Source: Candidatus Cloacimonadales bacterium (lineage in GTDB: Bacteria; Cloacimonadota; Cloacimonadia; Cloacimonadales; JAIOQZ01). Taken from it: 64,000 nt of DNA. Location: positions 3,488,001-3,552,000 of the forward strand of contig OY771587.1 in the NCBI GenBank assembly GCA_963674825.1. The letters run 5' to 3'. Positions within the stretch are counted from its first letter, which is position 1. Each line of letters starts with the position of its first letter. Of the stretch, positions 58,460-64,000 are shown in pieces. The position numbers and the translations under genes are program-made. The notes under the pieces were generated by a model that was not told the DNA's origin, made no database searches, and saw only the letters and a list, made by a program, of their open reading frames with translations.

Positions 58460-59668
58460 TTAAACTTTGTCCAGAAGATGCCCCATCTTTTCTTTCTTGG
58501 TTTTCAGATACTTCAGATTCTCTTCATGTGGTGCAATCTCGATGGGAACTCTTTCGGAGATTTTCAGATCGTAACCCTTGAGCGCGATAAGCTTCTTGGG
58601 GTTGTTGGTAAGAAGACGAATATTGTGCAGCCCGAGATCATTAAGGATCTGAGCGCCGATACCGTAGTCACGCAGATCGGGCATGAATCCGAGTTCGACG
58701 TTCGCTTCCACGGTGTCTTTACCGTGATCCTGCAAATGGTAGGCTTTGATTTTGTTCAAGAGACCAATGCCTCTACCCTCTTGCTTCATGTAGAGTATAA
58801 CGCCGCGGCCTTCTTCTTCGATCATGCGGAAAGCATTTTCGAGCTGCATACCGCAATCGCAGCGCATCGAAAAGAGCGCATCGCCGGTCAGGCATTCGGA
58901 GTGTACGCGTACCAGCACGTTTTCCTTGTTTTCCACATCGCCTTTGACCAGCGCAACGTGGTATTCATCGGAAACGGTACTCTGGAAGGTGATGATGGTG
59001 AAATCACCGTACTTCGTGGGCAGCTTGGCTTCGGATACGCGTTTGACGAGCTTCTCTTTTTTCCGGCGATACTCGATCAGGTGCTGAATAGTGATGATCT
59101 TCAGCCCATGCTCTTGCGCATAGGGGATCAAGTCTGGAAGCCGGGCCATATCGCCGTCATCCTTGATAATCTCCACCAGTGCGCCAACGGGATTCAATCC
59201 GGCCAGCTTCATCAGATCGACCACCGCTTCGGTATGCCCCGTACGCTTGAGAACGCCACCCGGCTCAGCGACCAGCGGAAAGATGTGTCCCGGACGAACG
59301 AAGTCTTCCGGTGTGGAGTCTTCGGATGCCAGCAGTTGGATGGTGCGATAGCGGTCTTGTGCCGAGATACCGGTAGTGGTGTCTTTCTTTGCATCTACCG
59401 AAATGGTAAACTTGGTTCCGTGCCGTTCGGTATTGCGATCTGTCATCATGTTCAGGTCGAGTCGCTGCGCGGTTTCGACTGACATCGGGACGCATACGAG
59501 TCCCTTGCCCTTGGTGATCATAAAGTTGACCATCTGGGGTGTGATTTTCTCAGCCGAGCAGACCAGATCGCCTTCGTTTTCCCGGTCGGGGTCGTCAACT
59601 ACGACAACCAGCTTACCGGCCTTGAGATCTTCGATCGCTTCTTCGATCGATGCGAACGTGTATTCCAT
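58460..59668 (-). CDS. ribBA: Bifunctional DHBP synthase/GTP cyclohydrolase II
   Basis: [52 protein letters not shown]. Confidence 0.96.
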   Translation of the reverse strand: MEYTFASIEEAIEDLKAGKLVVVVDDPDRENEGDLVCSAEKITPQMVNFMITKGKGLVCVPMSVETAQRLDLNMMTDRNTERHGTKFTISVDAKKDTTTGISAQDRYRTIQLLASEDSTPEDFVRPGHIFPLVAEPGGVLKRTGHTEAVVDLMKLAGLNPVGALVEIIKDDGDMARLPDLIPYAQEHGLKIITIQHLIEYRRKKEKLVKRVSEAKLPTKYGDFTIITFQSTVSDEYHVALVKGDVENKENVLVRVHSECLTGDALFSMRCDCGMQLENAFRMIEEEGRGVILYMKQEGRGIGLLNKIKAYHLQDHGKDTVEANVELGFMPDLRDYGIGAQILNDLGLHNIRLLTNNPKKLIALKGYDLKISERVPIEIAPHEENLKYLKTKKEKMGHLLDKV

Positions 59669-59682
59669 TGTATCCTCTTGAA

Positions 59683-59889
59683 TTAACCGATTTTCCCCGC
59701 GTTGAATAGTTCGACGAAATATTCGATCGATCGGTTGTAGGTTTTCTCGTATTTCGCGGGAAAGTAGCAGGCGGGAAGCTCGCCCATGCTGCGATGATAA
59801 CTGATGCACTGACAGCAGTTTCCTTTCTTCGAGCAGGGATAGCTGCAATTGCATGCCGCCATGTTTCGTTCTTTCATTTCACAATTCAT
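59683..59889 (-). CDS. Small Cys-rich protein (DUF6485-like)
   Basis: [34 protein letters not shown]. Confidence 0.75.
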   Translation of the reverse strand: MNCEMKERNMAACNCSYPCSKKGNCCQCISYHRSMGELPACYFPAKYEKTYNRSIEYFVELFNAGKIG

Positions 59890-59966
59890 TTCAGCCTCGC
59901 AGGTACTACAAAAATTAGCCGGAAATCCGTCAAGGATCAATTACTAAACTTCAGATGTATGGTGCC

Positions 59967-60935
59967 CTACAGCTTCACCATCTTTTCAATGAAATCGACC
60001 GTGCCGATGAAATCCTGCGGCAGCGGTGCGGTAAGGAACAGCTCTTCTTCGGTAACCGGATGTCGGAAACCGATTGATTTTGCGTGCAGAGCCTGCCGTT
60101 GCATGTGGTTTGCCCATAGATATTTCATGCGCTTGTGCAAATGTGAGGGTAGTGCGTTCAGTTCCAGCTTTTGAGTGGAATAGGTCCGGTCGCACAGCAC
60201 CGGGTAACCGATGTGCGACAGGTGAACTCTGATCTGATGGGTCCTTCCAGTGAGAATGCGTACATCCAGGAGCGCGAAGTAATCCAGATCGCGTTCGATT
60301 TTAAATATGCTGATCGCCGTCTTGCCGTCCTCCGAGATGCACATTTTTTTGCGATTCACGCTGCTACGCTTGATGCCTGTGTGGATCTCGGTGGGTTCTT
60401 CTCGCGGGACGCCGACTGTAAGCGCGTAGTAGTGCTTCTCGATTTCGCGCATCTCAAAAAGCTGCGATAGCATCGAATGGGTGCGGTCGTCCTTTGCGAC
60501 GAGCATAATACCGCTTGTGTCCTTATCCAGACGATGGACAATGCCCGGCCTGGTGGGATCGCTTCCGGTGGAGAGATTCCCCGAAAAATGGTGTGCGAGC
60601 GCATTCACAAGGGTACCACTTTGATTACCTGGAGCCGGATGCACGGTAAGCCCGGCGGGTTTATTCACGGCAATGAGGTATTCGTCTTCAAATAGGATAT
60701 CGAGCGGAATATCTTCGGGCTGCACCTCGCTTGGAGCCGGTTCCGGTAGCTCGATCTCGATGATGTCACCGACTTCCACACGATGGCTTTTCTTGACTGG
60801 CTTGCCATTGACCAGCATTTTCCCTTCACTGATGAGCTTATCGATCAGCGTTCGTGAATAGAGCGCTTCGATCTCGAGCGAACTCAGATATTTGTCGATC
60901 CGCAGTCTCGACGTGTCTTCGCATGTAATTTTCAT
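59967..60935 (-). CDS. rluD: RluA-family pseudouridine synthase with S4 domain (RluD-like)
   Basis: VNKPAGLTVHP; RPGIVHRLDKDTSG; TGRTHQIRVH; RQALHA. Confidence 0.88.
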   Translation of the reverse strand: MKITCEDTSRLRIDKYLSSLEIEALYSRTLIDKLISEGKMLVNGKPVKKSHRVEVGDIIEIELPEPAPSEVQPEDIPLDILFEDEYLIAVNKPAGLTVHPAPGNQSGTLVNALAHHFSGNLSTGSDPTRPGIVHRLDKDTSGIMLVAKDDRTHSMLSQLFEMREIEKHYYALTVGVPREEPTEIHTGIKRSSVNRKKMCISEDGKTAISIFKIERDLDYFALLDVRILTGRTHQIRVHLSHIGYPVLCDRTYSTQKLELNALPSHLHKRMKYLWANHMQRQALHAKSIGFRHPVTEEELFLTAPLPQDFIGTVDFIEKMVKL

Positions 60936-61741
60936 GATTCGTCTGCGTCTTTGCCGCCCTTCTTGCGGTCGATGTTAAAGATCCCGAGCACAACACCGAT
61001 CGGCATTCCACCGGCGTCGCGAACGATGCTGCTCTTGAGTGTTATATGACGCTTGAGGGAAGGGATGAAGTATTGCTGTGGCCCGTGCGCGCTTCGCCCC
61101 TGTAGGATTGGAAGCGTATATTTGACAATACTGTTCTGGACTTCGGGCTGGAAGCTTGAGTCGAAGATATTGAGGTTCTCTGCCAATAGCGGGAAAATAT
61201 CGTTCAGGTTATCGCTGAGAAACTTGATATCACCGTCGATATCGAGGATGATAAAGCCGTTCTCCGCGAGCTTTAAAAGGCTCAGAATGCGATTCATGTG
61301 CTCGATGATCTTCTCTTTCTTGGCCTGATCGAAGTGAATCACCGAGTTTAGCATCTTGCGAACCTGAACGATGAGCTCCATCACGTCTTCATCGTTGCGT
61401 TGCGCCAGTTCCGATTCGTCGATATCGAGGTTGTAGTTGCCGCGTGTGATCTCCTTCAACAGCTTGGTTACATCTGTGAATCCACGATGCAAGAACACCG
61501 GAATATAGAAAAAGAACACGATTGCAATCAGGAAATATAGGAACAGGAAGATCCACAAGATGTTTCCTATATCCTTTTTCATGAGTTGGGCTCGTTCGCG
61601 CAGCATGTTCGTGTCATTAAGCTTTTTCATCGCGTCGGAATGCGTACTCAATGTGAGCCACATGACCATACCCTGCGCCGCAGCGAGCAGCAGAAGCACT
61701 ACGATGAAGTAGCGAATTTTACGGGTGATAAAGTATTTCAT
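60932..61741 (-). CDS. Two-TM protein with HAMP-like and PAS-like domains, no output domain
   Basis: Two TM helices; EITRGNY; GFIILDIDGDI...VRDAGGMPIGVV. Confidence 0.65.
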   Translation of the reverse strand: MKYFITRKIRYFIVVLLLLAAAQGMVMWLTLSTHSDAMKKLNDTNMLRERAQLMKKDIGNILWIFLFLYFLIAIVFFFYIPVFLHRGFTDVTKLLKEITRGNYNLDIDESELAQRNDEDVMELIVQVRKMLNSVIHFDQAKKEKIIEHMNRILSLLKLAENGFIILDIDGDIKFLSDNLNDIFPLLAENLNIFDSSFQPEVQNSIVKYTLPILQGRSAHGPQQYFIPSLKRHITLKSSIVRDAGGMPIGVVLGIFNIDRKKGGKDADES

Positions 61742-61768
61742 AACCTTGTTCCTGTTGTAACTCCGTGG

Positions 61769-62467
61769 TTAGTCCTGCATCGTTTCTTTAATAACTTCGT
61801 TGATGCGTGGCTCAGGCCCGAGTAAAACGAGCTGGTCGCCTTCTTTGATCACATCGTTCGCGCCTGGCATGTCGTTAATTCGCTTCTCGAGCTTGTTCTC
61901 GCCATCTTCGGAGACGGTGAGATGATCGTACTTGATGGCGACGATGTGCACACCTTTATTCGCTGGAAGTGCAAGCTCTTGCAGCGTCTTTCCGACATAG
62001 TTCGATGGAACGGAGATTTCCACGATAGAGTGTCCGGTTGCGAGGTTGTAGTAGCGGATTACATTGCGCGAAAGGAGCGACTGTGCCAATTCGAGGCCGA
62101 TCTGCTCTTCCGGGAACACGATGTGCTTCACGCCGATCAGCTCAAGGATACGTGCGTGCAGCTTGCTGTCCACTTTCGCGTGGATGTTGGCCGCCCCCAG
62201 TCGTGTGAGAATCACGCTGGTAAGCACGCTAACTTCGATGTTGTTTCCAATTGCCAAAATTACCGCGTCCATGTCGTCCACGCCAACCTGTTTGAGCGCT
62301 TGTTCGTCGGTACTATCCATGCAGATCGCCGCGGTTACGCTACTCTTTATTTCGTCGATCAGTTTCTGATCAGAGTCGATGACTGTCACTTCCGCACCGT
62401 TCTTGAACAGTGTCGAGGAGACGGTCATACCGAATTTTCCCATTCCAATTACAAGAAATTTAGCCAT
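61769..62467 (-). CDS. trkA: TrkA/KtrA potassium uptake regulatory subunit
   Basis: VIGMGKFG Rossmann motif; RCK domains; adjacent to a TrkH/KtrB gene. Confidence 0.9.
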   Translation of the reverse strand: MAKFLVIGMGKFGMTVSSTLFKNGAEVTVIDSDQKLIDEIKSSVTAAICMDSTDEQALKQVGVDDMDAVILAIGNNIEVSVLTSVILTRLGAANIHAKVDSKLHARILELIGVKHIVFPEEQIGLELAQSLLSRNVIRYYNLATGHSIVEISVPSNYVGKTLQELALPANKGVHIVAIKYDHLTVSEDGENKLEKRINDMPGANDVIKEGDQLVLLGPEPRINEVIKETMQD

Positions 62468-62494
62468 AACGATACCTCGTTATTTAATCCGTTT

Positions 62495-64000
62495 TTATCC
62501 TATAGAAATTTTTTCGACTGTATATGCAAGCGTTTTTTTCGTCTTGGACTGTGTCAGGGCAAAGATCAACGTCAGCGGCCCCACCCTGCCAAGGTACATC
62601 AGAAGGATGATGATGATCTTACCGCCAAGTGTCAGATCGGCCGTGATACCCATGGAAAGCCCGACGGTTCCGAATGCGGAAAATGCCTCGAAGATGATCT
62701 TGCGGAACGATTTCTTCTCAGCCCACTCATATTCGGTCTCCACTTTCTCACCATGCACTACATGCTGAGGTTTACGTACGATAACCGAATCCGTCACAAC
62801 AGCTTCCTGAAGGCTGTCCTGGGGGGCGATGGCTGTATGCCAGGTTTCGCGCGTTTCGCTGACTACCACCTTTTCCGGTGGCGTGGTCTCGAAGATGAGT
62901 AACAAGTAGATCATAATCGAGAGAAAGCCGATTGAAGTCGCGATCAGCGCCAGCACGCGTTTGAGCATCTCGTCCGAGATACGTCGCTTGAATATGGAAA
63001 CCCCTTCCCCACCTTTGATGATCGCCAGCACGGAAAGCAGAATGATTGCAAATGTGGTTGTTTTCACACCGCCACCGGTCGAGCCGGGAGAAGCGCCGAT
63101 GAACATCAAGAGGTTCGTGATGAAGACAGACGAATTGCTGAGCTCGGCGTTGTCGATGGTGTTAAAACCAGCTGTACGGGTTGTCACCGACTGGAACATC
63201 GAGGCAAGAAGCCGTTCCAGGAAAGAGAAATCGCGCATGGTGTGGTTGTACTCCGAGAGGAAGAAGGCCACGAATCCGATCAGGATCAGCGCAAGTGTCA
63301 TCATCAGAACCAGCTTGGTGTGGAGTGTCAACCGGGTGGGTTTGTACTTCATGAGAACATTGCGTCTAAGATCGACCAGCACGGAAAATCCGATACCACC
63401 GACGATGATGAGAAACATTGTGTTGAGGTTTACGCCGAGTGAGCTTTTGAACTGTACGAGATTATCGCTGAACAAGCTGAATCCTGCGTTACAAAATGCC
63501 GATATCGAGTGGAAAAGCGCATAATATCCCGGTGTATTATGCACCATGGGGTGTCCGCGGAACATGAAGTAATAGATAACAGCACCACCGACTTCGAAGA
63601 ACATGGTCACCAGGAAAATATCTTTGATCAGAGTAAGCATATCGAGCCGGTTCGATTCGCCCATAACGTCCTTCATCATGTTTTCGCTTCGTTGCGTGAG
63701 CTTTTCACCCAGTAAAATCGCGAAGGCGGTCGATATGGTCATGATCCCCAGTCCACCGATCTGGATCAGAATCAGAATGATGATCTGCCCGAACGATGTG
63801 AAATAGGTACCGGTATCCTGTACGATGAGCCCTGTTACGCAGGTCGCGGATGTGGCAGTGAAAAGCGCGTCAATATAAGGCGTATCACTGTGATTGCCCT
63901 CCTGCACTGCCCACGGGAGTGAGAGCAGGAACGATCCGATCATGATCACCACGAAGAAACTCAACAGGAAAAAGATTGGCGGATTTGCTGAAAGTTTGCG
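62495..64000 (-). CDS. trkH: TrkH/KtrB potassium channel (5' end beyond the window)
   Basis: FTATSATCVTGL; SAFCNAGF; RTAGF; SAFGTVGLS; frame stays open to 64000. Confidence 0.92.
   Translation of the reverse strand, partial: RKLSANPPIFFLLSFFVVIMIGSFLLSLPWAVQEGNHSDTPYIDALFTATSATCVTGLIVQDTGTYFTSFGQIIILILIQIGGLGIMTISTAFAILLGEKLTQRSENMMKDVMGESNRLDMLTLIKDIFLVTMFFEVGGAVIYYFMFRGHPMVHNTPGYYALFHSISAFCNAGFSLFSDNLVQFKSSLGVNLNTMFLIIVGGIGFSVLVDLRRNVLMKYKPTRLTLHTKLVLMMTLALILIGFVAFFLSEYNHTMRDFSFLERLLASMFQSVTTRTAGFNTIDNAELSNSSVFITNLLMFIGASPGSTGGGVKTTTFAIILLSVLAIIKGGEGVSIFKRRISDEMLKRVLALIATSIGFLSIMIYLLLIFETTPPEKVVVSETRETWHTAIAPQDSLQEAVVTDSVIVRKPQHVVHGEKVETEYEWAEKKSFRKIIFEAFSAFGTVGLSMGITADLTLGGKIIIILLMYLGRVGPLTLIFALTQSKTKKTLAYTVEKISIG

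Noticed and set aside
59669..59966. FMN riboswitch before ribBA
   Set aside because: The space is occupied by a small Cys-rich ORF and no FMN aptamer motifs are visible.

Overview
This is a 64 kb bacterial chromosomal segment of roughly 50% GC with dense coding. Its gene content (fused lpxC-fabZ, secreted proteins ending in an 'NPNPFNP...LLK' FlgD-Ig/T9SS-like C-terminal domain, DUF2723, a multimeric [FeFe]-hydrogenase) points to an anaerobic diderm of the FCB radiation, most plausibly Cloacimonadota; this assignment is inference. A 28-bp dif-like site at 6278-6305 suggests the window spans the replication terminus. Housekeeping genes include yicC, rnr, udk, a trmJ-like methyltransferase, lpxA/lpxC-fabZ/lpxD/skp, ribBA, an rluD-like synthase, trkA/trkH and crcB. 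The most interesting signals are: (1) a split umuD...umuC locus where both genes carry a homologous promoter block with a 16-bp palindrome (GTT[C/G]C[A/G]-N4-TG[A/C]AAC, a candidate lineage-specific SOS box), with umuC preceded by a translationally coupled 49-aa leader ORF built from two 54-bp hairpin repeats; (2) an [FeFe]-hydrogenase operon with two NuoE/NuoF diaphorase modules, one with bifurcating and one with non-bifurcating signatures, for a single HydA, plus a Cys-free HydD/HndB-like subunit; (3) two sensors ending in the same DHp-only tail with no ATP-binding kinase domain; (4) an orphan cI/cro-like divergent XRE switch with TTAA-N6-TTAA sites. No rRNA, tRNA, CRISPR array, integrase or transposase was recognised.
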